From a virus (taxonomy: Duplodnaviria > Caudoviricetes): a stretch of DNA of 62,993 bases. The position numbers and the translations under genes are program-made. The stretch is from IMG/VR virus record IMGVR_UViG_3300046171_000113, positions 1-62,993 of that record. One strand, written 5' to 3'. Shown here in pieces: positions 17,142 through 28,473 of this stretch (position 1 is the first letter of the stretch; the number at the start of each line of letters is the position of its first letter). Below the pieces are notes generated by a model. The model saw only the letters and a list, made by a program, of their open reading frames with translations, did not search any database and was not told the DNA's origin.

Positions 17142-18770
17142 TAAACAATATTCTGTTTATCTTCTATTGCTATTTTTTCCTCTGGTATTTCTTCTTTCAT
17201 CAAATCATCTGCAGGCATTTTTATACATCTAACTGGTGGAAATGATTTTTCACTTTCACCTTTTGGAAATCTTTTTTGAAATCCAAACTCAGCTTTGAAA
17301 TGACTCTTAATTAAAGTTGCAGTTCTTGGCCTGTCTTTTGTCCATTCATTTCTTTTTATCTCTTCATAAAATTTATCGTAGTCAAAGTAATAATGCTCTT
17401 CATCTTTCAATACAGCACCACTTTTAAATGAAGCATACGTTGTAGCCTCTGGTCCATTGACATAGTCTTCTAGATATTTCTTAACATCTCAATAGGATTA
17501 GTACCAGCAGGTGGCTTTAATATCCTCTTTAGTGGCCCATAGAGCGTCCAGGATAGGCTGATATTCATTATTCTTAATAATGGGAGGGAATATTGATGTT
17601 TGGTCTGCTATAAGCGCTCTCATCTCTTTCATCTCTGAAATCTTTTTTTATATGTTTTGCATGTATTTGAACAACTTTACTGTCAGATAATTCTACATTA
17701 AAAAAATATTCTGGATCAGGTCTTATAACATATTTTTATTAAACCTGATATCTGAGGCCAACTACTTTCTCTATGACTTCCAATACCATATTTTCTACGT
17801 AGACAAGTTCCCTTTGCACAATAAGAAGATATAGGTATGTCATGACAAGTATGTCCAGCTGTATCTTTGCTCCAGCTTTTTATTTTTTGATTTACTTTGT
17901 CATCGCCCCACACTTCATCATACTTAATAAAATCTCTTGCAGCATTTAAAACTTTTTTACCCCACTCGTCTTTAAATTTTTTCTTAGCAAACACCATGTA
18001 GTTAAATAAAAATCTATCTCTTTCATCTTTTAATTTGATCCTGATTCCTGAACCTGTTTGCATATCATCTGTAAACATGGAGGACCATCTAATAAATCTT
18101 CTGGACCACCAGTTAATATTTCTTTTACCTTTTTGTTTGATACTTCTTTTAATGATTCTTTTGTTTGTAAATTATCTTTTACTACGTTTATAAAATCTTC
18201 AAACTCTAGTTCTGTTCCGTCTGGTAATAATGCTTTACGCTCTGTTTTCTTAAAATAAGGTAAGTTAATAAATGATCCAGAAGTTCTAACATTATCTTGA
18301 TTCATTCCTAGTTGTGTTTGTTTAGGAAATATTTCTGTCTTAGAAGATAGTCCAAATAAAAATAATAAGTTTTGTAAAAACTCTCTAATTAAAGTTGCAG
18401 GTACTTTTTCTGCTGTAAATACATAAATGTGAAGACCATTACTTTTTGATTTAATTGGTACAACGGGTAGGTCCTTGTCTTGAATTACTTTTAAATAGTG
18501 ATGAATATCAAAACTAGAATAATCAGATGGATCAATGTCAATTGCACCAAAGCTAGCCATACCTTTATCATCACAGGCTTGTATACCTATTGCACGTTTA
18601 CCATCTAAATGATCTTGATAATCTTGATCAGATATATTTCTTTTAGACCAGCCATAATCGCCTGGATCAAATTTTAATTTGTTTGTTTGTGGATCATGAT
18701 AACCATTGTTAACATTACAGAAACCAAAGTCTCTCTCAAGCCCACTAAAATATTTTCTAAAATCTTTCAT
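17141..18770 (-). CDS. Primase/replication protein (AEP-like N-terminus), split by frameshifts
   Basis: AIDID, SKSNGLH, NLPY and PPCL motifs; pieces at 18030-18770, 17716-18078, 17141-17410. Confidence 0.75.
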
Positions 18771-18776
18771 AATTAT

Positions 18777-18806
18777 ACGGCGCCTCCAGTCTCCCTTCAG
18801 CGCCGT
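18777..18806 (-). promoter_or_regulatory. GC-rich hairpin abutting the primase start
   Basis: ACGGCGC...GCGCCGT stem. Confidence 0.55.
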
Positions 18807-18821
18807 TGTTATAACACTTTA

Positions 18822-19592
18822 TTATACTATGTCTTGCTTCTTTTGACCAGCATCATACTTTGGTTTAGCTGCACCTTTAGAAACTGATTTCTGAAGTTGT
18901 GCTGCTATCTCATACATAGACGCATCATCTTTATTAGCGATATCAAGATTTCTTACTCTTGATGGTTTGTAGACATGCCAGCTTTTACTTCCCGCAGTTC
19001 TTCCAAATGTATTTAACTTATACATAGCTGAATAACTTGCAGGATTAAATGAACCTTGATCATCTGAGAATCTCAGATTCTTAATAAGGTTATTTAACTC
19101 CCTCGCTGGAGATAAATTAGAAGATCTCATTGGGACCACTGCAGGTTTTAACTCACCATCTACCATTGCTAGTACATAGAAGTATGCAGTCTTCTCAACA
19201 TAGTTACCGTTTGGCAATCTATATCTTCCATTCTTTTCTTCCACAGCATCGGCTGGAATCTCTAAATGAGTTCCTACTGGAGCTGAAGCACTATCGCCTC
19301 TCTCCTGCCATTCGGGATACCTAGTTTGTGCGTGAGCAATTATGATATCTAATCCCTCTTCACCACTTATAAGTTTACCAAACCCTGATGCATAAATCAT
19401 ACCAGGTTTAGCCCCTTCTACATGCTTGGCGTCTCTCTCATTACATTCAGGTGATAGCTGATGTAAGATTTTCAGAATCGGTGTTGATACGTCATCTGAT
19501 TTAATCTCTTCAGCTCCTTTACCAGAGTCTGCTCTGAGATTTATTGTTGCTAATGCACCTGCATCAGCCTTCTTTGCTACTTGACTTTCCAT
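18822..19592 (-). CDS. Single-stranded DNA-binding protein (probable)
   Basis: P.LKIL..LSPE, GAKPG pattern; position in replication module. Confidence 0.6.
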   Translation of the reverse strand: MESQVAKKADAGALATINLRADSGKGAEEIKSDDVSTPILKILHQLSPECNERDAKHVEGAKPGMIYASGFGKLISGEEGLDIIIAHAQTRYPEWQERGDSASAPVGTHLEIPADAVEEKNGRYRLPNGNYVEKTAYFYVLAMVDGELKPAVVPMRSSNLSPARELNNLIKNLRFSDDQGSFNPASYSAMYKLNTFGRTAGSKSWHVYKPSRVRNLDIANKDDASMYEIAAQLQKSVSKGAAKPKYDAGQKKQDIV

Positions 19593-19613
19593 AGATTCTC
19601 CTTTGTTAGTCTA

Positions 19614-20174
19614 TTAGTCTGTTGATTTAGATTTGTTAGTTATCTTAGTTTGATAACCAGCAAACGTACTGAAATACTCTGAAGGAATCTGACCACCACG
19701 TGTATGGAGATCCTCCAGAGCAACTCTAAGGGTTCCGGCATGAACAGAAACTTTTTGTTCCGGTTCATAACCTTGTCCTCTTGCAAGGGTAGCATATTGC
19801 GTCGCCTTGGTATCTTCGTCCTTTCCAAACCTCACTGTGATTTCATTTTTCACAATGTTGCCTAGTCCGTTCTCTCGAAGCCATTGATATGCCTCTGCTC
19901 TTTTAGCTGCTAGAGCGTTAGCAAAAAACTTATTAGATATTTCTATTTCAGAACCATCTTTTAATTTCATAGTTTTAAGATTCATAGCATTCATCATATC
20001 TGGAATTACTACTTGAGAAAAATATTTCTCACTCTCTTCTAAATCTTTAATTCTATCTTTATAGTTCTGTATCTCTTGTTGTATGTCTTGAAGTTTTTTT
20101 ATTTCGTCTGTTAGTTTTTGGGGTTCTGTTTGCGTCACCTGACTGGGCGCATCAGCTCTTAGATTGATCGTCAT
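19614..20174 (-). CDS. Conserved replication-module protein
   Basis: IPDMM, WLRENGLGNIVK, VH..TL patterns. Confidence 0.7.
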   Translation of the reverse strand: MTINLRADAPSQVTQTEPQKLTDEIKKLQDIQQEIQNYKDRIKDLEESEKYFSQVVIPDMMNAMNLKTMKLKDGSEIEISNKFFANALAAKRAEAYQWLRENGLGNIVKNEITVRFGKDEDTKATQYATLARGQGYEPEQKVSVHAGTLRVALEDLHTRGGQIPSEYFSTFAGYQTKITNKSKSTD

Positions 20175-20250
20175 GTTACTCCTTAATAGTTTAATAGTTT
20201 AATTTATATTTGCACTATCGTATATATAGGAGAATTTATATATGTCAATA

Positions 20251-20589
20251 CTAGTTTTGAAAAATATTTAATTCAATTGGATAATAAGAAAATTGTCTTC
20301 TATCGTACTTTAATAATTTAAATTTACCATTTGTAAGATCAGAAGCTACTGCACATACAACACCAATTATGGCAGGATCGCCATAAAGTAATAAGTAATC
20401 ATCGGTTGTAAAATCTTTTAATGAGTTTTTTATTTCCATCACCATTGGACCTGGTGTAAATTGCATTTGTTTTAAACGAGGAAATAAAATCTTAATTTCG
20501 CCATACTTTAATGCAGGCGTAATATCAATTTTAGGTTGACCTGTTTCTCTATCTGTAGGAATTTCTTGTACTAAATAAACTTTGCTCAT
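20251..20589 (-). CDS. Hypothetical protein
   Basis: Coherent ORF (DYLLLYGDP). Confidence 0.7.
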   Translation of the reverse strand: MSKVYLVQEIPTDRETGQPKIDITPALKYGEIKILFPRLKQMQFTPGPMVMEIKNSLKDFTTDDYLLLYGDPAIIGVVCAVASDLTNGKFKLLKYDRRQFSYYPIELNIFQN

Positions 20590-20618
20590 TGACTTTTTTC
20601 TTTCTATACACTATATAA
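20590..20618 (+). promoter_or_regulatory. Promoter for the SNF2-like helicase
   Basis: TTGACT-17nt-TATATA. Confidence 0.55.
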
Positions 20619-20644
20619 CTTTTTAGAAAGAAAAGTAAACAACT

Positions 20645-22104
20645 ATGAATGTATTAGACAGTAAAATTAATTGGTATAAGTTTAAAACAAGTCCTTATAA
20701 ACATCAACTTGATGCTTTAGAACGGTCGTGGGATAAAGAATACTTTGCGTACTTTATGGAAATGGGTACCGGTAAATCTAAAGTATTAATTGATAATGCA
20801 GCTATGCTTTATAACCAAGGCAAGATAAATGGTTTACTTCTTATTGCACCAAAAGGTGTATATAAAAATTGGTATGAAGATCAGATACCTACACACTTAC
20901 CTGACTATATAAATAAAAAAGTTGTTCTTTGGAAAAGTTCAGACAAGACTCATGAACAAACAAAAAAACTAAATTCATTATTTGAAACAGGTGAAGACCT
21001 ACACATATTAGTTATGAATGTAGAATCTTTATCTACTAAAAAAGGTGTAGCGTTTGCAGAAAAGTTTTTAAATTCTCACAGAGCATTAATGGCTATTGAT
21101 GAGTCTACTACAATAAAAAATCCAGAAGCCAAACGTACAAAAAATATTGTAACCTTGGTAAGCTTGCAACATACAGAAGAATACTTACAGGTTCACCGGT
21201 AACTAAATCACCACTAGACCTATACAAACAATGTGAGTTTTTAGAAGATGAACTATTAGGTTTTAATTCTTACTATGCATTTAGAACTAGATACGCTGTT
21301 ATGAGAACAGCAAACTTTAGTGGTCGATCTGTACAGATAGTTGTGGGTTATAGAAACCTAGATGAGTTAGCTGATAAACTAAAAGAATTTTCTTACCGTG
21401 TATTAAAAGATGAGTGTCTAGATTTACCTAAGAAAACGTTTATGAAACGAGAAGTGTTGTTGACACCAGAACAGACTAAGGCATATCTACAGATGCAGAA
21501 ACTAGCTCATGCTCAAATGAATGGTAAGATGATGTCTACAGCTACTGTGTTAACTCAGTTAATGAGACTACAGCAGATAACTTGTGGTCACTTTACAGCT
21601 GATGATGGCACCATACAAGAAATGCCAAACAACAGGGTAGGTGAACTACTTAATTTACTTGATGAGATAGAGGGTAAGGTTGTTATCTGGGCTCAGTTTC
21701 AAAGAGATGTACATAATATTATTAAAGTCTTATCTAAAGAATATGGAGAAGATTCTTTTGTAGATTATTATGGACTAACACCACAAGAAGAAAGACAGGA
21801 TAATATTAAAAAATTCCAGGACCCCGATTCTCCTGTCCGGTTTTTTATAGGAACTACTCAAACTGGTGGGTATGGTATCACACTTACAGCTGCATCAACT
21901 ATGATCTATTATTCTAATGGTTATGATCTAGAGAAAAGACAGCAATCAGAGGCTAGAATAGATCGTATTGGTCAAGAGTATCCAATGACTTATATTGATA
22001 TAGTAACAGAAGATACTATCGATACTAAAGTTGTAAAAGCTTTACGTAAAAAATTAAATATTGCCTCGGATATTATGGGCGAAGAATTAAAGACTTGGAT
22101 TTAA
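20645..22104 (+). CDS. SNF2-like SF2 helicase, frameshift near 21160
   Basis: MEMGTGKS, IDEST, ILTGSP (other frame), QSEARIDRIGQ. Confidence 0.88.
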
Positions 22105-22313
22105 AAAAAGAAACCTTTATCTAAAACTTTTTCTAGCAACAGAAGTGATACTGCCCCAACAGTACCCAATAACACCCAATAGATCTTGTCTATCTTACCG
22201 CCCAAATCGTGTATACCATCGTGCATATGTTTAACATCTTTTTTTAATCCAGTAATATATCCATAGATAGAAAGCAGGTGCTCTCTTGTAGTTTTGGGGT
22301 TTAGTTTAGACAT
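22101..22313 (-). CDS. Small coiled-coil plus C-terminal TM protein
   Basis: Hydrophobic C-terminus. Confidence 0.65.
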   Translation of the reverse strand: MSKLNPKTTREHLLSIYGYITGLKKDVKHMHDGIHDLGGKIDKIYWVLLGTVGAVSLLLLEKVLDKGFFF

Positions 22314-25300
22314 TTGTTATGCCTCTTGATCTTAATCTTATTGCTTTTTCTTCAGAGCTCAACAACGCCTCCTCTAATGCAGTTAGTCCCCCTGCATTTG
22401 CAGAAGCCATTTGAGTTTGATTTAAAATGTTTTGTCCTTGAGTAATTGTTTGGTTGTTAGGCATTGCAGAAGTAACTGATGTCGGCAATGGTGGTGTAGG
22501 TGGTGCAGGTGGTATTAAATATTGTAGAGGATCAATATTAAAAGGTTCACCTAATTGTAATTGTCTTAATTCTCTTCTTATTTCATTTAGTTCTGGTAGT
22601 GCTTCTCTGAATGGATTATCTTCACCAAGATTATTTGCAATGTCTCTAAACTTATTCGCAATTTCACCTGATGGAACATAGGGATCAAATCTACCTCTTC
22701 TTAAATTAGTATAGTCTTCGTTACTAATTTGTCTTTCATCAAACTGTCTTCTTAAATCATTATTTTCTATACCTAATGTTTCAGCCGCATTTAAATCATT
22801 ATACATATTTTGTTGTACATCAAACTTAGCTTTGTTTGATTTTATATATCTTAAAATAATATCATTAGGATCAACTGAACCACCTTTTAACAAACCAAAA
22901 TAACCACCAGTAAATTCTCTTCTTGCATCCCTGATACCTCTTTGGTAACCAGAAATTTTAAAACCCATTGACTTTAATGGATCAACTTTAATAGGTCTAA
23001 GTCCCATGAAGCCCGCTATCTCAGGCCCGACATCCAATACATTACCTCTTGCATCTGGTGTTTCTGTTGCAGCTTGAGCTAGTCTTACAAATTGTTTGTA
23101 TGATGGTGCTAGTGCATTTCCTAAATGTAAAAATCTAATTGCAGCTTTGTCACCAGCAGATGTTTGATCTGTATATAATCTTCTACCATCTTTGGTTACT
23201 CCACCTCTAACAGTTAAATCCCCTGCAGCTTCTGTCCAAATAGATTCTGAAATAAATGGGTTCATAATTTCAGCACCTGCTTCATTAACTCCACTTACAA
23301 AACTATCTAGTAACTGTTTATCATTTGCTTGACCATCCTGAATATTATTTAATAAAGTTCTAAGAGGTCTAGCTATTACATCGTAAGCATTGCTGTGACT
23401 AAAATCTATGTATCTTAACTCACCATCATCATCTCTAATTGGAATCAGTGTAGAGTTCTTAGACCACTCAGGTACAAATCTTCTTAATGCATCTAGTTCG
23501 TCTTGAGATATATCATACAAAGCTTTTGCACCTTCTGTTAATGCGACTGGAGCTGCTGTTGTAAACGTAGCAAGACCTAATAATCTTTTTATTCCATCAC
23601 CATATGCTCCACTATCAAGAGCATTGTTCTTAACAACTTGCTCAGTACCATCTTCTAATATCTCTGTAACTGTTAAACCTAAATTACTTCCTTTAATTCT
23701 TACGCCCGCTGCTGGTATGTGTCTCATTTCATTTAAACCTAGTTCAGCAATGTTAGTTGTAGTTCTAATCATCTCTGATGGAAACGACATGAAGTTACCT
23801 ACTGGTAAAAGTCTTGCAGTTCTAACTGCAGAACCTACAAATGCATAATTAGGTACAGTATTTTTTACAACGTTAGCTGCTTCTCTGTTAAGCACAGCTT
23901 CAGTCACATCTATTTTTCTTTTAGCATAACGACTTTTTAGTTTAGCTTTCTCCATTACATAACTAGCTATTTTAAAAGTATCATCCTCAGCTACATACTT
24001 ACCTTGAAAAAATGATCCTACCTTTTTCAACTTAGCTAACATAGGGTTTAATACTGTGTCTACGTTTGCAGCTTGTTGACCAAATCTAATATCTTGTAAC
24101 AAAGCTTTTAGATCTCCTATTTGAACTTGTGAGTTTACAACACCAAGCTCTACTAATTCTCTGTAAGCCGCTTGTGCTGTTTCATCTGCAGGACCTAGTT
24201 TTAAAAGACCTGTAGTTTCTATACCTTCTTTAAATGCTCTAGAAAATTCTACTGGATTAAATAAATTACCATTGGCTCCAGCAAAACCAAATGCACTAAT
24301 TACGTTTCTTATGTGTGTAGGTATAGAGAATACTGTTTTAGCTAATTGTGAAACTCCTTTTGGAAACAATAATAAATTTCTATACATCCAACTAACAGCA
24401 GCCTCTGCTCCTTCTTTACCTTCACCTCTTACAAAACCTTGAAGGCCACCTGCTATGTTGTTTGCATTTTTTATAGCCTCCGCTATTTCAGGTGTAGTAA
24501 TTTTACCGGCTAAAGGATTGGGTATGTTGGCTGCTTCAGGTAGTTTACTTATGACATCATCCATTTTAACAGAAGATATACCTGTGTTTTTTTGATTTAC
24601 TCCTAGTCTAAAAGCGTCTTCGTTATCCCAAAAAAATCCTCTACCACCAGCTCTTTGCACTTCATCATTTTTAGCTGCTACACTTTTTAAATACTCGGAT
24701 GTTCTAGATACAGAAGATAGATTAGTTATACCATTAAATATAGAGTACCTTGGATCCTGAACCTCTCCAAATAATTCTCTAAGTTCTTTTGGTGGTAACT
24801 TAGTTTCTTTTATTTCTGCTCTTATAAAATCAGCGCCTGGTTTTCCCTCCATCGTTTTGTTAATATATTCATTAAACTTTAAAGCTTTAGGCTTACCTCT
24901 AAGACTAGCTTCTCTAAGAATGTCATCTACTATAACACTAGCTTCTTTTTGATAAGCAGTGCCAGCTATATCAAAAGCTGTATCACCATTTTCTTTTGCA
25001 ATTTCTCTTCTAAAAAAATTAGTAGCATTATTAATTACTTCATCAGTTGGTTCATATCTTTTAAAGAATTTAAATATACCTTTACCTTGATCTTCAAATA
25101 TTTTGTATGTACCACCTATCCAGCCATTGACTCTACCTTTTAATAAAGACTGAAGTTCTTTAACACCTTTACCTAATTTTGATCCTGAAACATTGTTGTC
25201 TAATATATTTATTAAATTAGTAAACTCACCTCTAGCATTATTAATTCCATTAACAATTAATTGTCTAGACTCTTCACCTACATTACTTTTTCTCATAAGA

Positions 25301-26301
25301 TCTAAAAGACTATCTAATTTTTTAGGATCAACTGTGTCTCTAATATTACCTTCAAATAAAAGTTCATTAAGACCTTTTAAAAATTTTTCTTTTTCTACTT
25401 GCACTGATTTGTTAAACATTACTTCTGATTGAGGATATATATTATCTACTTCTCTTGTAATGTTATCTACAATTTCTTTTGCTCTTATTGTATCTCTAGA
25501 TTTTAAAGCTTGTTTAAATGTTTCTTCTCCAAATAATTCTTTAGTCATACCACCTTGAGGAGTAAAAGGTGCTCTTACATATTTGTCTAACCATCTTGCA
25601 AATTGAGAGTTACTATAAGCAAGATCTTTACCTCTGTTAGCTAATAACTTAGCTGATTTCCCTGCACCATATACAAAAGGAGTAACTAATAAAGATTCAG
25701 AACCAAACTTAAGTCTATTTAATAATTTTCTTGTAGCATCTTCTCTACCAAAACTTTCTTCTCTGTCCATTTTAGTTGGACCACCACCAAACAAATCACC
25801 AAACGATCCAATGTTTTCTACATCAGCTACAAATGTTTCACCAGCTGCACCACCAGCAACCGCCGCTGCGTATCTAAACTTCTTAGATTTTTTATTTAAA
25901 TCTCTAGCTTTGTTTATTGCTGATAAAACAGGAGCTCCTCTTAGATTAGCATAAGCATTAGCTTTCTTTGCTCTAATTGCTTTTGCTGTAAGATTTCTAG
26001 CTACCTTGTTTGCTGCTTTAAATCCAATGGCGCCTGGTACACCAACCTGTACTAATGTTTCAGTAAGTTTACCTATAGCTCTTTCTTCTGCTATCTCTTC
26101 AAATGGATTTAGTTTATCAAAAAATTCTTCTACACTTGCTGCTGTGTTTGTATCAGCTCCAAGATCAATTAGTTCTGCTGCAAGAGAGACTACACCTTCA
26201 GGTATTTTTAATAGACCTGATGCAATACCAGAAGCGGCAGCTGTGTACCACGCTGTATCATTGTTTTCTTCGGCGTTATTTAAAGGTAGAAACTCTGCCA
26301 T
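22306..26301 (-). CDS. Large internal virion/ejection protein (1331 aa)
   Basis: Size, helical composition, last gene of the structural operon as in podoviruses. Confidence 0.7.
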   Translation of the reverse strand: MAEFLPLNNAEENNDTAWYTAAASGIASGLLKIPEGVVSLAAELIDLGADTNTAASVEEFFDKLNPFEEIAEERAIGKLTETLVQVGVPGAIGFKAANKVARNLTAKAIRAKKANAYANLRGAPVLSAINKARDLNKKSKKFRYAAAVAGGAAGETFVADVENIGSFGDLFGGGPTKMDREESFGREDATRKLLNRLKFGSESLLVTPFVYGAGKSAKLLANRGKDLAYSNSQFARWLDKYVRAPFTPQGGMTKELFGEETFKQALKSRDTIRAKEIVDNITREVDNIYPQSEVMFNKSVQVEKEKFLKGLNELLFEGNIRDTVDPKKLDSLLDLMRKSNVGEESRQLIVNGINNARGEFTNLINILDNNVSGSKLGKGVKELQSLLKGRVNGWIGGTYKIFEDQGKGIFKFFKRYEPTDEVINNATNFFRREIAKENGDTAFDIAGTAYQKEASVIVDDILREASLRGKPKALKFNEYINKTMEGKPGADFIRAEIKETKLPPKELRELFGEVQDPRYSIFNGITNLSSVSRTSEYLKSVAAKNDEVQRAGGRGFFWDNEDAFRLGVNQKNTGISSVKMDDVISKLPEAANIPNPLAGKITTPEIAEAIKNANNIAGGLQGFVRGEGKEGAEAAVSWMYRNLLLFPKGVSQLAKTVFSIPTHIRNVISAFGFAGANGNLFNPVEFSRAFKEGIETTGLLKLGPADETAQAAYRELVELGVVNSQVQIGDLKALLQDIRFGQQAANVDTVLNPMLAKLKKVGSFFQGKYVAEDDTFKIASYVMEKAKLKSRYAKRKIDVTEAVLNREAANVVKNTVPNYAFVGSAVRTARLLPVGNFMSFPSEMIRTTTNIAELGLNEMRHIPAAGVRIKGSNLGLTVTEILEDGTEQVVKNNALDSGAYGDGIKRLLGLATFTTAAPVALTEGAKALYDISQDELDALRRFVPEWSKNSTLIPIRDDDGELRYIDFSHSNAYDVIARPLRTLLNNIQDGQANDKQLLDSFVSGVNEAGAEIMNPFISESIWTEAAGDLTVRGGVTKDGRRLYTDQTSAGDKAAIRFLHLGNALAPSYKQFVRLAQAATETPDARGNVLDVGPEIAGFMGLRPIKVDPLKSMGFKISGYQRGIRDARREFTGGYFGLLKGGSVDPNDIILRYIKSNKAKFDVQQNMYNDLNAAETLGIENNDLRRQFDERQISNEDYTNLRRGRFDPYVPSGEIANKFRDIANNLGEDNPFREALPELNEIRRELRQLQLGEPFNIDPLQYLIPPAPPTPPLPTSVTSAMPNNQTITQGQNILNQTQMASANAGGLTALEEALLSSEEKAIRLRSRGITNV

Positions 26302-26309
26302 TTAACCTC

Positions 26310-27560
26310 CTATGCTCCAGGGAAAGGATCTGGAGGCCTGTTTCTTATTTCTTCTAATATTTTTCTTTGATCATCACTTAAAATTTCAAATCTTTTATCT
26401 ATCTCTGCATCTTTTTCTTTTTGTGTACTACCTTTTGGTGTTGGTTCTTCTACAAATGTATCAAGATTTATATCTTCAAACTCATAACCATCTTTTGTTT
26501 TTCTAAATCTTCTAATTGTACCTGTTTTTAAATCATAGAAAACTTTTCCTACATCTTTATCTTTAGGTTTATTTAACATTCCTTCTGAAGAACGATCCAT
26601 ATCTGTGCCATTTAAAAATCCAGCAGCTTGAGATCCAAATTTTTCTTGCATCTTAATACTTATTTGCTCATCCTCATATTTTTTTCTATTTGCTCCTTTA
26701 ACAGTATCGTCCCCGTAATACTTTTCTGCATAATATGTTGCTGGTCTTTTTTCATCTGCATCTAATTGTTTATCAATCATTCTCTCTCTAAACTCTTGGT
26801 CATCTCTAATTTTTTCCAGTTCAAATTCTTCTTTTCTCTTAATTTGTTCTAGTTCAAAAGCTCTACCTTCTCTAATTAATCTCTCTTCGTATTCTTTTCT
26901 TTCTTGCTCATCTAATTTTTGATAAGCTCTAGCTTTATCTGCCACTGCTTCATTATAATCTCTTTTGTCTTGATCTTTTAAATTTTCATAAGCTCTTTGA
27001 TCATTTAAAAATTTAACTTGATTTTCTTGATCCATATCTTGTAGATTTAATTTAAATCTTTTATCTTCTGATTTTTCCTCTGCTCCTAAAGCAAGTTTAG
27101 TTGCTGCCATTCTAAGATCTCTATTATATTTAGCTTTTGCATCAGCACCTTTTATTAATTGTTTAGTAGCTGGCTGTAATCTATTTACTGCATCTGCAAA
27201 ACTAGTAGCTCCTGCCACACTTGGTCCAGCAGTAAGTAAAAAACTTGTTAAAGGATCCATACCACCATATTCACCAGCCCCTGCTCTAAGTTCTTCTATG
27301 TATTCAGCTTGAGTTTTTGGTGTACCAACTAATGCATCTATGTCCATATTTTCATATACCATAGGTTTAAATTCACTAACTGTTGGTAATGGATTAGCAA
27401 GATCTATACCTTCTTCTGTAACCCCTGATGCACCTTTCATTTGTGCAGTGCTACCTGGTAAATAACCATCTTGAGCTTCTATTCTATCTACGATACCAGT
27501 CATAATACCGTTACCGACATTACCACCTTTTCTAAACATTGGTCTTTTAAAAGTTCTCAT
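26310..27560 (-). CDS. Putative ejection protein, charged coiled coil
   Basis: Position and composition. Confidence 0.6.
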   Translation of the reverse strand: MRTFKRPMFRKGGNVGNGIMTGIVDRIEAQDGYLPGSTAQMKGASGVTEEGIDLANPLPTVSEFKPMVYENMDIDALVGTPKTQAEYIEELRAGAGEYGGMDPLTSFLLTAGPSVAGATSFADAVNRLQPATKQLIKGADAKAKYNRDLRMAATKLALGAEEKSEDKRFKLNLQDMDQENQVKFLNDQRAYENLKDQDKRDYNEAVADKARAYQKLDEQERKEYEERLIREGRAFELEQIKRKEEFELEKIRDDQEFRERMIDKQLDADEKRPATYYAEKYYGDDTVKGANRKKYEDEQISIKMQEKFGSQAAGFLNGTDMDRSSEGMLNKPKDKDVGKVFYDLKTGTIRRFRKTKDGYEFEDINLDTFVEEPTPKGSTQKEKDAEIDKRFEILSDDQRKILEEIRNRPPDPFPGA

Positions 27561-27561
27561 A

Positions 27562-28473
27562 TTAACTATTCAATACGCCTGGTTGATTAAATGCTCTGTA
27601 AATACCAGCTAACGTTCCACCAGCTCCTATTGCTGTCATCATAGGATTTGGACTAGGTGCAGTAACTTGAGTTTGTTGACCTGGGTATCCAGCAATCAAA
27701 CTTGTTACACCTGTTCCATAAGCATTAGCCGCTGTTAGTGGTTGTTGTAATTGTTGTTGAGCCAACTGTTGTTGTGCTGCTAATTGTGCTTGTACTTGTG
27801 CTTGATTTTGTGCACCAAGAGTAGATAATGCTCCTACATCTTGACCTAAGAAAGCTTGTTGCTGACTACCTAATCCAGTTGCAGCCGCACCTAAACCTAA
27901 TTGTTGATTAGCCAAAGTCTGTTGATTTTGAAATGCTTGTTGTGCAGCCGTTTGAGCCTGACCAAAACCTTGTTGTAATAATTGTGCCTGTAATGCTGCT
28001 CGGTTCCTGTCGCTTGTTGATTGATATTCTGATCTCATAACACCTTCACGACCTCCACCAAGAACACCTTGGTTAACTGCTTGAGCTGCAATATTTGGAA
28101 TGCCTTTTGCTGCTTGTGTATCAAATTCTGTTAACGTTGCGTTAATGACATCCTGTTGGTAAGGAGACATAAATTGTTGGTAAGCTTGTGGACCAGAAAA
28201 CTGACCAGCTTGGCCAGCTAAAACCCCAGCTTGAGTTTGTGCTGCTTGTGCTTGATTTAAAAAAGGTTGATAAGCACCAATACCTTGAGTTGCTAATTTT
28301 TGAGCCTGAGCCTGTAATGGATCTTGACCTGCTGTAAATTGTGGACCAAATACTTTTGAAAGATCAGCTGTTTTATATTGACCTGCTGCAGTTCCTAAAT
28401 TACCTAAGTAAGTTTTACCTGCTGCTTCTATAAATTCTGGTGGTAATACTCTTGTTGTTGTTACTTCAGCCAT
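27562..28473 (-). CDS. Q/A/G-rich DNA-transfer (ejection) protein
   Basis: MSPYQQDV, GVLGGGR; hydrophobic C-terminus. Confidence 0.65.
   Translation of the reverse strand: MAEVTTTRVLPPEFIEAAGKTYLGNLGTAAGQYKTADLSKVFGPQFTAGQDPLQAQAQKLATQGIGAYQPFLNQAQAAQTQAGVLAGQAGQFSGPQAYQQFMSPYQQDVINATLTEFDTQAAKGIPNIAAQAVNQGVLGGGREGVMRSEYQSTSDRNRAALQAQLLQQGFGQAQTAAQQAFQNQQTLANQQLGLGAAATGLGSQQQAFLGQDVGALSTLGAQNQAQVQAQLAAQQQLAQQQLQQPLTAANAYGTGVTSLIAGYPGQQTQVTAPSPNPMMTAIGAGGTLAGIYRAFNQPGVLNS

Noticed and set aside
15714-18770. Programmed frameshifting, introns or stop-codon reassignment
   Set aside because: Breaks are scattered frame changes, not in-frame stops or insertions, and equivalent breaks in the left repeat are absent from the right copy.
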